Part shown: one piece after another, positions 17,918 to 28,529 of the stretch
How positions within the stretch are numbered: position 1 is the first letter of the stretch
Layout: each line of letters opens with the position of its first letter
Assembly: GCA_016432285.1 (NCBI GenBank)
Contig: CP066682.1
Span: forward strand, 118,434-182,433
Direction of reading: 5' to 3'
Origin: Candidatus Kaiserbacteria bacterium
Lineage (GTDB): Bacteria > Patescibacteriota > Minisyncoccia > Phycocordibacterales > UBA2100
Length of the DNA stretch: 64,000 bases
Position numbers and translations under genes: made by a program
Notes under the pieces: generated by a model
Told to the model about the DNA's origin: nothing
Seen by the model: only the letters and a program-made list of their open reading frames with translations
The model's database searches: none

Positions 17918-19063
17918 ATGGAGCCGCTCGCCTCACAGATACGGCCAAAGAATCTCGACGAATTCGTGGGACAGGAGCACCTCACCGGTGCAGGCAAGCC
18001 GCTGCGGGTCGCGATTGAAAAGAAAGAGCTCTTCTCTTTCATCCTCTGGGGCCCGCCAGGCTCCGGCAAGACCACGATTGCGCGCATCTACGCCAATGCG
18101 GTGAATGCAGAGTTCCACGAAATCTCCGCTGTCGACGCGGGCAAAGAAGACATCCGAAAGCTGCTCCCGAAGCGCGGCGCGCTCCCGCTTGGGCAGCCGG
18201 TGATTCTTTTTGTCGACGAGATCCACCGCTTCAACAAAGCGCAGCAGGACTTTCTCCTTCCCTTCGTCGAGCGGGGCGATCTGACTCTCATCGGCGCCAC
18301 CACGGAGAACCCGAGCTTCGAGGTGATCGCTCCCCTCCTCTCGCGCTGCCGCGTCTTTGTCTTGCAAGAGCACTCGGAAAAGGAAATGGAAAAGATCATC
18401 GCGCGCACGAAAATCAAGATGCCGAAAGACGCGCGCGAGTGGCTCGTGCGCTTGGCGAGCGGCGACGCGCGCCAGGCGATCACCACGCTCGAGACGGCGC
18501 AGAAGCTCTACGGCAAAATTACGCTTGAGAATCTTAGGGAGGCGGTGCAATCGACGCACCTGCGATACGACAAAAAAGGCGAAGAGCACTACAACACCAT
18601 CTCGGCGTTCATCAAGTCGATGCGCGCCTCGCAGCCCGACGCCGCGCTCTACTATCTCGCGCGCATGGTGGAAGCTGGCGAGGATCCGAAATTCATCGCG
18701 CGGCGCATGGTCGTCTTTGCGAGCGAAGACATCGGGCTTGGTGCACCGACCGCGCTCGTGGTGGCCAACGCCGTCTTTGAGGCGGTCAACAAGATCGGCT
18801 ACCCTGAAGCGACGATCAACCTCGCGCACGGCGTCGCCTACCTCTCGCGGTGCAAGAAGGATCGCCGCGCGTACGACGCGATTTTCGCGGCGCTCGACGA
18901 CGTGAAAGTGCATGGCAATCTGCCGATCCCCATGAAGGTGCGCAACGCGCCTACGAAGCTCATGAAAGATTTGAAGTACGGAAAGGGCTACGAGATGTAC
19001 GACAAAGAATCGTACTTGCCCGACAAGATCAAAAAGAAAAAGTATTTGAAAGGTGAAAAATAG
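17918..19063 (+). CDS. rarA: Replication-associated recombination protein A (RarA/MgsA)
   Basis: WGPPGSGKT, DEIHRFNKAQQD, ISAFIKS and ASEDIG motifs. Confidence 0.96.
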   Translation: MEPLASQIRPKNLDEFVGQEHLTGAGKPLRVAIEKKELFSFILWGPPGSGKTTIARIYANAVNAEFHEISAVDAGKEDIRKLLPKRGALPLGQPVILFVDEIHRFNKAQQDFLLPFVERGDLTLIGATTENPSFEVIAPLLSRCRVFVLQEHSEKEMEKIIARTKIKMPKDAREWLVRLASGDARQAITTLETAQKLYGKITLENLREAVQSTHLRYDKKGEEHYNTISAFIKSMRASQPDAALYYLARMVEAGEDPKFIARRMVVFASEDIGLGAPTALVVANAVFEAVNKIGYPEATINLAHGVAYLSRCKKDRRAYDAIFAALDDVKVHGNLPIPMKVRNAPTKLMKDLKYGKGYEMYDKESYLPDKIKKKKYLKGEK

Positions 19064-19090
19064 GAGGGCGGCGTGTTTGTCAAAGAAAGA

Positions 19091-19118
19091 CGGCCCGCGG
19101 GGTACACCCTGCGGGCCG
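19091..19118. repeat. 28-bp hairpin repeat, copy 1
   Basis: CGGCCCGCGGGGTACACCCTGCGGGCCG; exact reverse complement of 19812-19839. Confidence 0.85.
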
Positions 19119-19141
19119 TCGAAATCGCGTGCCGAAGATTC

Positions 19142-19723
19142 TCAGTCGAATCTCGGGTGTCCCGGATAACGTTGAAGCAAACCTTCACGATCGTGCCAAC
19201 TCATCTCGATCATCATGTAGAAGACGAACTTCACGTTGGCCGCCGCAGCCACCGATTGCCAGCGGATGTCCGCCGGCAGGTAGTAGGCCGCAAGCAGCAT
19301 GATCGGCGAGAGTGCGACGAGGCGCCACCACCAGCGGCTGTGCGATTGCTCCCACGGCTCGTCGTAGCGTTTGTGACCAGTGTGCGAGTCATACACGAAC
19401 GCCGTTGCCGCAAGCGCGAAGGCAGCGGCGGCCGTGTGGATGATCCACGCAAAGGTGCCGGTGAGCTCGAAAGCCCTGACAACCACGATGAAGATTATTC
19501 CGGTTGCCATGAAAGACGCCGCTCCAAGCGACATGTTCTTCTGTCGCAAGAACATGTAGCCTGTTGCGACAAGCGTGATAAGCGCCGCCGCGTACGAAGC
19601 GAAAAAGTTTTCGCCAACGCTGAGAAGCGCATAGAGCACCACCAGCGCGATCTCGAGCAGTGCGACGGTGACGTACGCCTGTCGCAGCTCTGCCCGCTCG
19701 TATTGAGTCAGTCTCGTGCGCAT
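19142..19723 (-). CDS. Hypothetical multi-pass membrane protein
   Basis: Several hydrophobic segments; AAGGA upstream of the ATG. Confidence 0.65.
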   Translation of the reverse strand: MRTRLTQYERAELRQAYVTVALLEIALVVLYALLSVGENFFASYAAALITLVATGYMFLRQKNMSLGAASFMATGIIFIVVVRAFELTGTFAWIIHTAAAAFALAATAFVYDSHTGHKRYDEPWEQSHSRWWWRLVALSPIMLLAAYYLPADIRWQSVAAAANVKFVFYMMIEMSWHDREGLLQRYPGHPRFD

Positions 19724-19811
19724 GATACGAATCCTTCGTATATAGGTGCGAGAAAATCTCGCATCCGTGGGAGTGATAGCGCACATATCGAATAAGCGCA
19801 ATCAAATAGTG

Positions 19812-19839
19812 CGGCCCGCAGGGTGTACCCCGCGGGCCG
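19812..19839. repeat. 28-bp hairpin repeat, copy 2 (inverted)
   Basis: CGGCCCGCAGGGTGTACCCCGCGGGCCG. Confidence 0.85.
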
Positions 19840-19864
19840 TTTGAGTCGATGATCGTTTGCCGGA

Positions 19865-20140
19865 CTACGCCGACTGGAACTGCGAATCGAGCGCGGCGTC
19901 GATCCATCGTTTCTGAATAGCCGGATGTTGACCGCGATGTTCGAGACGCGCGAACACCATGATCGCATGGAGCACGGCCGTGGTTCGGGGAAGCGAAGCG
20001 TCGCGAAGGTGCAGCTCGGCGCGCGACATCTCTTCGAGGCTTCCCTCGGCGGGCATCTTGCCCGCAAACCACTGCCGCACAGCGGCGCCGGCTTTCCAGA
20101 CGCCTTCGTGCATCCGGTCGTAATCGAGAGGTTTCGGCAT
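19865..20140 (-). CDS. Hypothetical protein
   Basis: GGGAG SD before MPKPLDY; followed by the hairpin. Confidence 0.55.
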   Translation of the reverse strand: MPKPLDYDRMHEGVWKAGAAVRQWFAGKMPAEGSLEEMSRAELHLRDASLPRTTAVLHAIMVFARLEHRGQHPAIQKRWIDAALDSQFQSA

Positions 20141-20270
20141 GGCTTTCTCCCTTGTACCGAAGTGTGATGGCAACGTGGAACTTTGTGCCACCAGAAGGCA
20201 TACGCCCGAAGCGCGAGCGTGTCAATGCGGCGTACTAGTCCAGTACATTTGTCATGCGTGTACTGTTAGA

Positions 20271-20870
20271 TCACGTGTCTATCAGTTTTTCCGCTTCTTT
20301 CAAATGATTAGGAAAGATTACCAACCCGGCATTAATAAGGCATTTGAGATAGTCATCGAATGAGAGCCTGGGATTCTTCAATGCTTTTCTATGTTCTTTG
20401 ATCGTCTCCAATGTCTGATCTCGTTCTAAAGAAAGGTGATGAGTCAAGAATTGATCCGGGTGCTGTACTTCAATCCCAAAAGGAGCAAGAACATCGGAAG
20501 GAAAATGTTTTGTATTTGCAGTGACTATAAGGTCACAGCGGCCGCAAAGAGCCGCGATGACGACGTGTTCGTCTTTTGCGTCGGGCAGTTTCAAGCCAGG
20601 AACTGCGACGCCGTTACACTCTATTAGTGCGTCGGGAAATGCGATCCCCATGCGCTCAGTTACGTAGTCGATCTGCTGATTGGTAAGTCCAGCCTTTTTC
20701 AATAGGGCCTCTCTAAGCTCTTTCAGTATGTGGTCACTCCAGTGGATCCGGAACGTATCTCTCAATGCCAAGCGCAAAATGATGTCTCTTAGATATGAGG
20801 GATAGAGAACATTTGTGTCGAGGAAGACAGCGAATTTAGAGATCTGGAAGTTTATGGGGTCCATGCTCAT
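20271..20870 (-). CDS. PIN-domain protein (VapC-like toxin)
   Basis: [28 protein letters not shown] and HPDQFL motifs. Confidence 0.88.
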   Translation of the reverse strand: MSMDPINFQISKFAVFLDTNVLYPSYLRDIILRLALRDTFRIHWSDHILKELREALLKKAGLTNQQIDYVTERMGIAFPDALIECNGVAVPGLKLPDAKDEHVVIAALCGRCDLIVTANTKHFPSDVLAPFGIEVQHPDQFLTHHLSLERDQTLETIKEHRKALKNPRLSFDDYLKCLINAGLVIFPNHLKEAEKLIDT

Positions 20871-21321
20871 TTGAGAATTCTGCTAGCTCATCAAGCGCCC
20901 GTTTAGCATCCGCCTTGCGCTGCGTAAGATATTTCATCAGATCCTGGAACAAAATCCGCCTGTGAGTACCAACCATATGATGAGGAATACTGCCGGCGTC
21001 TAATATTTTGATCAGATGCGGCCTCGAAACATTCAAGAGATTAGCGGCTTGGTGTGTTGTAAGTTCGGCGTGATACGGAACGATAGATACCGCACGGCCT
21101 TTGGACAAATCAAAAAGCATTCTTCTGAACAGTTCCACTATTACCGGATCTTGCACCTCAATTTGTTTTTTGTTTGTATCTACAAGAATTAACGACCCCA
21201 ATTCCCTCAAAAGATTGGCCGCAAATTCGATCGTGTTCTTATCCGGAACTATGGGTGTTAGAGGACTTAGAACACCTCTAGAATCGGGTATAACCTTGGT
21301 GTTTGAAGCTGAGTTCTTCAT
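20836..21321 (-). CDS. Excisionase-like HTH protein (putative antitoxin)
   Basis: [23 protein letters not shown]...VGTHRRI; overlaps the PIN gene. Confidence 0.88.
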   Translation of the reverse strand: MKNSASNTKVIPDSRGVLSPLTPIVPDKNTIEFAANLLRELGSLILVDTNKKQIEVQDPVIVELFRRMLFDLSKGRAVSIVPYHAELTTHQAANLLNVSRPHLIKILDAGSIPHHMVGTHRRILFQDLMKYLTQRKADAKRALDELAEFSNEHGPHKLPDL

Positions 21322-21408
21322 ATGGGCAGTATATATCTAAATGCAATAAATGCAATGAAGGTGTGCACATCTCCTCTCCAGGTTAATTCTGCTGATATTG
21401 TGCGACGT

Positions 21409-22317
21409 ATGGCTGGCGATCTGAAGTCTCTCAAAACGCAGTTCCTCGAATACATCGAGATCGAAAAAGGCAGGAGCGTAAAAACGGTCGAGAATTACGA
21501 CCGCTACCTTTCGCGCTTTCTCACGCAGACCAAGGTGAGCACGCCGCGGCAACTCACCGAGCCCGTCGTGCGCGAATTCCGACTTTGGCTCAACAGGCAG
21601 CCGGGCGTCGCGGGAGACATGAAACGCAAGACACAAAATTACTATCTCATCGCGCTCCGCGCGTTTCTCAAATATCTTCGCAAGCAAAATATCGAATCGC
21701 TCCAGCCGGAGCGGATCGAGCTTGCGAAGGTGGGCGGGAGGGATCTGGATCTCATCACCGCCGACGAGCTCAATCGTTTGCTCCGTTCTCCTCAGGGCGA
21801 CGTGCTCCCCATGCTGCGCGACCGGGCGATGCTCGAGCTGCTCTTTTCCACCGGGCTCCGGGTCTCGGAGCTCTGCTCCCTCAACAGCGATCTCGATCTC
21901 TCTCGCGACGAATTCGCGGTGCGCGGCAAGGGCGACAAGGTGCGCGTGGTCTTTCTCTCGTCGTCGGCCAAAAAAGCGGTTGCGGACTATTTGAAAAAAC
22001 GCGGCGACATGGGCGAGGCACTCTTCGTGAGCTACGGCAGAGGCGGGGCGTCGAAAGATCTGCCGCGCATCACGCCGCGCTCCGTGGAGCGAATCGTAAA
22101 GCAGCATGCCATCAAAGCTGGTATCACGCGCAAAGTAACGCCGCATGTGATCCGCCACTCCTTCGCCACCGATCTTTTGGAAGGCGGCGCCGATCTCCGT
22201 TCCGTACAGGCGCTTCTCGGGCACGCCAACATCGCGACCACACAGGTGTACACGCACGTTACCGACAAACATTTGCAGGAAGTGCACAAAGCTTTTCACG
22301 GCAGGCGCAGAAAATAA
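21409..22317 (+). CDS. XerC/XerD-family tyrosine recombinase
   Basis: TGLRVSEL, GKGDK, HVIRHSFAT and LLGHANIATTQVY motifs. Confidence 0.93.
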   Translation: MAGDLKSLKTQFLEYIEIEKGRSVKTVENYDRYLSRFLTQTKVSTPRQLTEPVVREFRLWLNRQPGVAGDMKRKTQNYYLIALRAFLKYLRKQNIESLQPERIELAKVGGRDLDLITADELNRLLRSPQGDVLPMLRDRAMLELLFSTGLRVSELCSLNSDLDLSRDEFAVRGKGDKVRVVFLSSSAKKAVADYLKKRGDMGEALFVSYGRGGASKDLPRITPRSVERIVKQHAIKAGITRKVTPHVIRHSFATDLLEGGADLRSVQALLGHANIATTQVYTHVTDKHLQEVHKAFHGRRRK

Positions 22318-22376
22318 AAACAAAACCCGGGGCGAAGGAGGCCCCGGGTGGCTTCGCGTCGCTTGGCGACGCTCGG

Positions 22377-23438
<1,062 letters not shown>

Positions 23439-23556
23439 CTAAGTGGAACCTCTCTCTATGGCAACGGTAGAGAGTAACCAGCGCACATGTAGGCGTGGCG
23501 GCATAGAGAAGTCAAGCACATGAAAAAGAAGAAAGCCGAGGGTGGGACTCGGCTTT

Positions 23557-23922
23557 TCAGTTTGCACTCGCGTTTGTTTTTCCCGCGCTGGTCAGCAACG
23601 TGCAATCCTGCAACGTTCTTCGCAATACGTAGAATCGCTTCGACGTGCGAATCTCGGCAAGTCGGCAGACCACCGGGTCGCCGACGCGTGCGTTTGCCCA
23701 TGCGGCGCCGGGCCAGTTGGATCGAATGTCGTCCGGAGTGCGAAACGACCAGTACCGCGTGGGCGGTACCATGCACGACACCTCGACGGCGCCGTCCTCG
23801 TATCCGATGGCCGTGATCTCACATCGGTCGTATGCCGGCGCAACGGTAAACTCGTGCGCCGTATTCTCTTGTGCGATCGCCGGAGAGGCGAGCAGCACAA
23901 GCACTGCGCAGAGTTTGTTCAT
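23557..23922 (-). CDS. Hypothetical secreted protein
   Basis: GGAGG SD; signal peptide MNKLCAVLVLLASPAIA. Confidence 0.65.
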   Translation of the reverse strand: MNKLCAVLVLLASPAIAQENTAHEFTVAPAYDRCEITAIGYEDGAVEVSCMVPPTRYWSFRTPDDIRSNWPGAAWANARVGDPVVCRLAEIRTSKRFYVLRRTLQDCTLLTSAGKTNASAN

Positions 23923-24069
23923 GGCAGGCACCTCCGCCTCCATCAGATTCCAACGGTGGCGTTTCGTCAATGCCAAAATTCATCCTCCCTTTCCGAGGTG
24001 ACACCTCGGGAGGTTGCGCAAACGAAAAAGCCGCGGGGACACCGCGGCTTTTTCCGGGAAAGGTCAAAC

Positions 24070-24309
24070 TTACGCGCTCTTGAGGCGCCGGTAGGGGTAG
24101 ATGATACGAATCACGTACTGCGGCTCCTTGATCACGATCGGCTTTTTCGGGAGCCGCACGCGGTAGCCGCTTCCCGAGTCGTCCCGCACTGCATTGAATG
24201 CAGACCACTCGCCGCTCCCCTTCTCGCCCGCAGGAGCAAACGCTGAAAACTTCCGATGCTCGTCGATTTGCTGCTTCCGTACTTCAAGAAATGCACTTAT
24301 GTGTTTCAT
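24070..24309 (-). CDS. Hypothetical protein
   Basis: Short ORF followed by a terminator-like hairpin at ~24025-24053. Confidence 0.4.
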   Translation of the reverse strand: MKHISAFLEVRKQQIDEHRKFSAFAPAGEKGSGEWSAFNAVRDDSGSGYRVRLPKKPIVIKEPQYVIRIIYPYRRLKSA

Positions 24310-24465
24310 ACTGCGCACGCGACTTGGTTATGATCGCTCTTTATGAAGACGCTTGATAAATCACCCCATTACCGTCCGGAAGTGGCAGCGGGCCGCCCCG
24401 GATACCCTTGATCCTAGGGCCCCCGGGGTGACGTTTCGGTGAACCCCGTATGCTATCGTGGTGCG

Positions 24466-25272
24466 ATGAAACTGATCTCCTGGAACGTCAACGGTATTCG
24501 CAGCATCCATCGGAAAAACCAGCTCGTTCCCTTCCTTGAAAAGGTGAAACCGGATATCGCCTGCTTCCAGGAGACGAAAGCGGAGGAGCATCAATCCGAA
24601 GTCGACCTCCCGGACTACGAGGAATACTGGCACTCTTCGAGCGGTAAGAAGGGGTATGCGGGGACGGCGATCTTCACAAAAGTGAAGCCTGAAGCCGTTT
24701 TTTTGGGGTTCCCGGCGGATATTCTCAAGAAATACAAGCTCAAGGACGGGTACGGCGACCCCAACGGCGAAGGGCGCGTAGTTGCCACGGAGTTCAAGGA
24801 TTTCTTCCTGGTCAATGTCTACACCCCCAACGCCAAGCCCGACCTGAGCCGCCTGAAGTTGCGGCACAAGCTGTGGGACCCCGCCTTTTTGGCCTATGTG
24901 AAGCAGCTCGAGAAGAAAAAACCCGTTATTTTCTGCGGCGATCTCAATGTGGCGCACACCTACGATGACCTCACCCATCCGGAGGCCAACGAGGGCGAGC
25001 ACGGCTTCACCAAGGAGGAGCGGGAGGGTATCGACGCGATCGTGGAGGCAGGATTCATCGACACATTCCGCATGTTTACCGAGGGCAAGGGCCACTACAC
25101 CTGGTGGAGCCACTTTAGCAACGCACGGGCGCGCAACGTGGGCTGGCGGATCGACTACTTTTTCGTCAGCAAATCGCTCCGACCGAAGGTCAAGACGGCC
25201 AAGATCCACCCCGACGCTTTCGGCTCCGATCACTGCCCGATTTCGCTCGATATCGACGTCCGGGGCGCCTAA
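24466..25272 (+). CDS. xth: Exodeoxyribonuclease III
   Basis: SWNVNG, QETK, GDLNVAH, GWRIDYF and SDHCP motifs. Confidence 0.96.
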   Translation: MKLISWNVNGIRSIHRKNQLVPFLEKVKPDIACFQETKAEEHQSEVDLPDYEEYWHSSSGKKGYAGTAIFTKVKPEAVFLGFPADILKKYKLKDGYGDPNGEGRVVATEFKDFFLVNVYTPNAKPDLSRLKLRHKLWDPAFLAYVKQLEKKKPVIFCGDLNVAHTYDDLTHPEANEGEHGFTKEEREGIDAIVEAGFIDTFRMFTEGKGHYTWWSHFSNARARNVGWRIDYFFVSKSLRPKVKTAKIHPDAFGSDHCPISLDIDVRGA

Positions 25273-25368
25273 AATCCCTGATTTTGGGCCCATGTGCGGC
25301 TGTCCGTTCTATCGGACATATCCACACCCCTGTCCTTTACAATGTCCTTAAGGCGTGTATCCTTGATC

Positions 25369-25690
25369 GTTAGGGATTGGGATCACACGTCCTCAGTCCT
25401 TAATAGGTTGCGTCAATGATCTTTCATTCTTCGCTTATTTCTCAAGGCAGGGATTACGTTCTTGCTCACGGGTAAGTAAAGCAAGATAGGGCTCACGCCC
25501 TGGGATCTATTACAGGCACACTACACCTAAAGGGCAGTGCATAGCACTCCCACATTATAGGCTTCGTGCCCTCGTAAGATTCCGAACCTCCAGGCGCCAA
25601 CCACATCCAAGGCCGTTTCCAGGCTTGGGCTCACGTACTCATAGAGAGACGACGCGGGCCCCTTCTGGGGGCGGCCTTTTGGCTTTTTCG
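25369..25690 (+). ncRNA. Candidate structured non-coding RNA (unassigned)
   Basis: Gap without a long ORF; TTTACA-N16-TATCCT upstream, several stem-loops, and a GC hairpin with T-runs at the end. Confidence 0.45.
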
Positions 25691-25714
25691 GTTGTCGGAA
25701 TTTTTTTTTGAATA

Positions 25715-27184
25715 TTAAGAAACGTGATGCTTTTTACGAAGCTCGGCGACGGCGGCTTCGTCCTCCTCTTCTTTCCTCTCCTTCCCCGCTTCTCCCAACT
25801 TTTTCAAATCCGTGTCGTTGAGGTCCGCCAGCTCTCCGGCCCGCGACTCAAGATACGCTTCCGTATTTTTTTTCGGATCGTCGAGCACCTCTTCGAGCAG
25901 CGCATGCAGGATCCAGCCGATACGCGGGCCCGGCGCTTGCCCGAGCGCGATGAGACGCGAGCCGTCGATCTTGAGCATCGATACCGACACCGGATCGCGC
26001 ATCGCTTCTTCCACCATCGACATGTATTTTCGAAGCCGGAAGGGCTGCTCCTTGGGGCGACCCGTGCCGATCCGGTCGCAGATGCGCAAATTCAGCAAGT
26101 CTTTAATGTGATCGGTGCCCACATTGCGGATCGTGCGCCGCACCGCCGAGAGCGTAACGGTATCGGGATCGGAAAAAAACATGTGCCAGCGCACGAGGGA
26201 GCTCACACGCTCGATTGTCTCGCTCGAAAAGCGCAGATCCTTCAAAATCGCGCGCGCCATGCGAGCGCCGATCACCTCGTGGCCGTGGAAGGTCCAGTCT
26301 TTTTTCTCGTCGGACCATCGCCGGCTCGCGGGCTTGCCGATGTCGTGGAGGAGCGCGGCAAGCCGGATCAAAAGCGGCCACTCTTTGTCGGCCGCGTGCT
26401 GTAGGCTGCGCAAAAGATGCTCAAAGACGTCGTACGCGTGCGCCTGATTTTGCTCGACGCCGATCGCGGATACGAGCTCGGGGATCATGAAACGCAAGAT
26501 TCCAAGCTTCTGTGCCACGAAGATCGCCTGCATGGGCCGAGGGCTCTCTAAGATGCGGACCAGCTCGTCACGCACGCGCTCGCGCGATATTTTCTCCAGC
26601 AGCGGCGCGTCGGCAGCGATCGCGGCAGCCGTCTGTGGCTCCAGCGCGAAGTCGAGCTCCGCAGAGAGCCGCACGGCGCGCAACGTCCGAAGCGCATCTT
26701 CCTTGAAGCGCTCGTTCGGGTCTCCCACCGCAGCGATGCGCCGTGCGGCGAGATCTTCCCTGCCGCCGTGTTCGTCGATGATCTCTCCCGTGTGCGGGTC
26801 GTACGCGATCGCGTTGATCGAAAAGTCGCGCCGCTTCAGATCGTCGCTTAAGGAATCGCTGAAGCGCACTTCGTCGGGGTGCCGTGCGTTGGAGTATTCG
26901 CCTTCGATGCGGTACGGCGTGATCTCGACCACCTTCAGCTTCGGATCCTCGGATTTCGTAACCACGCCGACGGTGCCGAAATCGTTTTCATAAAACGTTT
27001 CTTCGAAGAGCGCCTGGATTTCCGGGGGCTTTGCGTTGGTCGTGATGTCCCAGTCCTTGGGCTCGCGACGCAAGAGCAGATCGCGCACGCAGCCGCCCAC
27101 GAGGTAGGATTCGAAGCCGCCCTTCTTGAGTACGGCGCACAGATTTTTTATTTCAGACGGCACGTGCAGATCAACCGTGTGCAT
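25715..27184 (-). CDS. cca: CCA tRNA nucleotidyltransferase with HD domain
   Basis: VGGCVRD, DWDITT, RRDFSINA, EDALR and LLHDIGK motifs. Confidence 0.94.
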   Translation of the reverse strand: MHTVDLHVPSEIKNLCAVLKKGGFESYLVGGCVRDLLLRREPKDWDITTNAKPPEIQALFEETFYENDFGTVGVVTKSEDPKLKVVEITPYRIEGEYSNARHPDEVRFSDSLSDDLKRRDFSINAIAYDPHTGEIIDEHGGREDLAARRIAAVGDPNERFKEDALRTLRAVRLSAELDFALEPQTAAAIAADAPLLEKISRERVRDELVRILESPRPMQAIFVAQKLGILRFMIPELVSAIGVEQNQAHAYDVFEHLLRSLQHAADKEWPLLIRLAALLHDIGKPASRRWSDEKKDWTFHGHEVIGARMARAILKDLRFSSETIERVSSLVRWHMFFSDPDTVTLSAVRRTIRNVGTDHIKDLLNLRICDRIGTGRPKEQPFRLRKYMSMVEEAMRDPVSVSMLKIDGSRLIALGQAPGPRIGWILHALLEEVLDDPKKNTEAYLESRAGELADLNDTDLKKLGEAGKERKEEEDEAAVAELRKKHHVS

Positions 27185-27242
27185 GTTCGTATTGTAGCTT
27201 GCCGTTGTGTTAAAACGATGGCGCCTGTAGACTTGGCGCACT

Positions 27243-27314
27243 GCTCCCGTGGTGAAACGGATATCACAACAGTCTTCGGAACTGTCGTTCCAGGTTCGAA
27301 TCCTGGCGGGAGCG
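27243..27314 (+). tRNA. tRNA-Arg(UCG)
   Basis: Acceptor GCTCCCG/CGGGAGC, anticodon arm ACAGT-CTTCGGA-ACTGT, T arm GGTTCGAATCC. Confidence 0.9.
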
Positions 27315-27334
27315 CAAAGAAGACCAACCCTCTG

Positions 27335-27405
27335 TGCGGATACGGGGAATCGAACCCCGATCTCGTCCTTGGCAAGGACGCGTTCTACCACTAAACCATA
27401 TCCGC
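27335..27405 (-). tRNA. tRNA-Gly(GCC)
   Basis: Acceptor GCGGATA/TATCCGC, anticodon arm CGTCC-TTGCCAA-GGACG, T arm GGTTCGATTCC. Confidence 0.93.
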
Positions 27406-27496
27406 GATCCGCAAATTCTACCCGCTGATACGCATCCGGGGAACCTAACTTCTTGTATCATCCACCGAAGCCATATCCGCGATCCGCAAATTCTAC
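27396..27496 (-). repeat. 26-bp direct repeat of the tRNA-Gly -10 region and 5' end, with a degenerate tRNA relic
   Basis: CCATATCCGCGATCCGCAAATTCTAC at 27396-27421 and 27471-27496. Confidence 0.8.
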
Positions 27497-27548
27497 ACGA
27501 CGATATGCGCGCCTGAGATTATACAGGAGCGCTCGGTGTTTCAAAATT

Positions 27549-28475
27549 TTACGTACGTGCCGCCGGGAGCGAAATCACGTTGACCGGCTTCCGGATGTTC
27601 CAGTAGGCGGCGGCGAGTCCCCCGAGTGCGATCAGGATCGCCACCACGGGTGCCCACAAGCCTGTCCGGCAGGTCGGCACGAAGAACCAGATGCCAAAGA
27701 GGAGGAGGAAGGGCACGACAATAGCGGCCGCTGTCCACTCGAGCTTGTAGTCCGTTATGATTTGGAGCTGTCCTGAAGCCGCGATCCCCGCGACGAGCGC
27801 GTAGAGCACCAAAAGGACAACCCACAGGTTGGTCGCGCTTGCGCTCGATGCGCATGCCGGCCCGCCAGCTATGCCCGTGCCTCCGACAACCGGAGGAGCA
27901 CTCGTGGCCGAGCTTGTTCCCGTGCTTACGTTGGAGGGTTTTCCACCCGACTGACTCGCGCCCTGCGATCCGGAGCTTCCTGTTCCCGCTCCCGTGCTGC
28001 CGCCCGAGGTCGGCGCGGAGGGCGTTACCGCGGCTCCACCCCCCTCAATGCTGGTCGAAACCGTAACCATGCACACCGGCTGCCCCGCTTTCGCGGAAAG
28101 CATGGTAACGCTCACCGGGAGACCATTCCCTGAGGGCATCGTAGCCGTATCTACATGAATACGGAGCATCCCCGCAGCATCGACCCGACGCGTCATCTGA
28201 TTGAACGGGATATTTGCGGTGCCCACAGTTCCAGCAATGGCCACGTATGAGCTGTCCGGGACGTAAAATTCAAATGAGTGGGCCGCGTTGTCGTACACAT
28301 AGGGGGTAAAGCCGGAGACCGGGAGTGGCGCGCATGTATTGGAGCCGGGCGGGACCACCTGGGTGGTCCGCACGACCACCTCGGCTGCGTAGGTGTCGGT
28401 TGGGAAAAGTGTGCCGACCGCGAGAAGCAGCGAAATCACAAAAAGCGACTTCAAGATAATCCTCCGCTTTTGCAT
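27549..28475 (-). CDS. Hypothetical surface protein (signal peptide, beta-rich domain, Ser/Gly linker, C-terminal TM helices)
   Basis: Hydrophobicity pattern and a low-complexity linker. Confidence 0.75.
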   Translation of the reverse strand: MQKRRIILKSLFVISLLLAVGTLFPTDTYAAEVVVRTTQVVPPGSNTCAPLPVSGFTPYVYDNAAHSFEFYVPDSSYVAIAGTVGTANIPFNQMTRRVDAAGMLRIHVDTATMPSGNGLPVSVTMLSAKAGQPVCMVTVSTSIEGGGAAVTPSAPTSGGSTGAGTGSSGSQGASQSGGKPSNVSTGTSSATSAPPVVGGTGIAGGPACASSASATNLWVVLLVLYALVAGIAASGQLQIITDYKLEWTAAAIVVPFLLLFGIWFFVPTCRTGLWAPVVAILIALGGLAAAYWNIRKPVNVISLPAART

Positions 28476-28529
28476 TCCGAAAAGCTAGTACGGCGCCGCT
28501 CTATCAGTCAAGCGGGAAATGTGTTCCAG

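Noticed and set aside
21409-22317. Tyrosine recombinase as a prophage or island integrase
   Set aside because: Host-like composition and XerC/D length and motifs; no att repeats or phage genes were found next to it.
25369-25690. RNase P RNA, tmRNA or group I intron assignment
   Set aside because: No GAGGAAAGUCC, no tRNA-like T-loop ends and no P7 motifs were seen on either strand; left unassigned.
27185-27391. N-terminal extension of cca in the ORF track
   Set aside because: It overlaps two tRNA genes; the real start is MHTVDL at 27184.
27396-27496. Possible mini-CRISPR (26-bp repeat, 49-bp spacer)
   Set aside because: Only two copies, the repeat is tRNA promoter/5' sequence, and there are no cas genes in the window.
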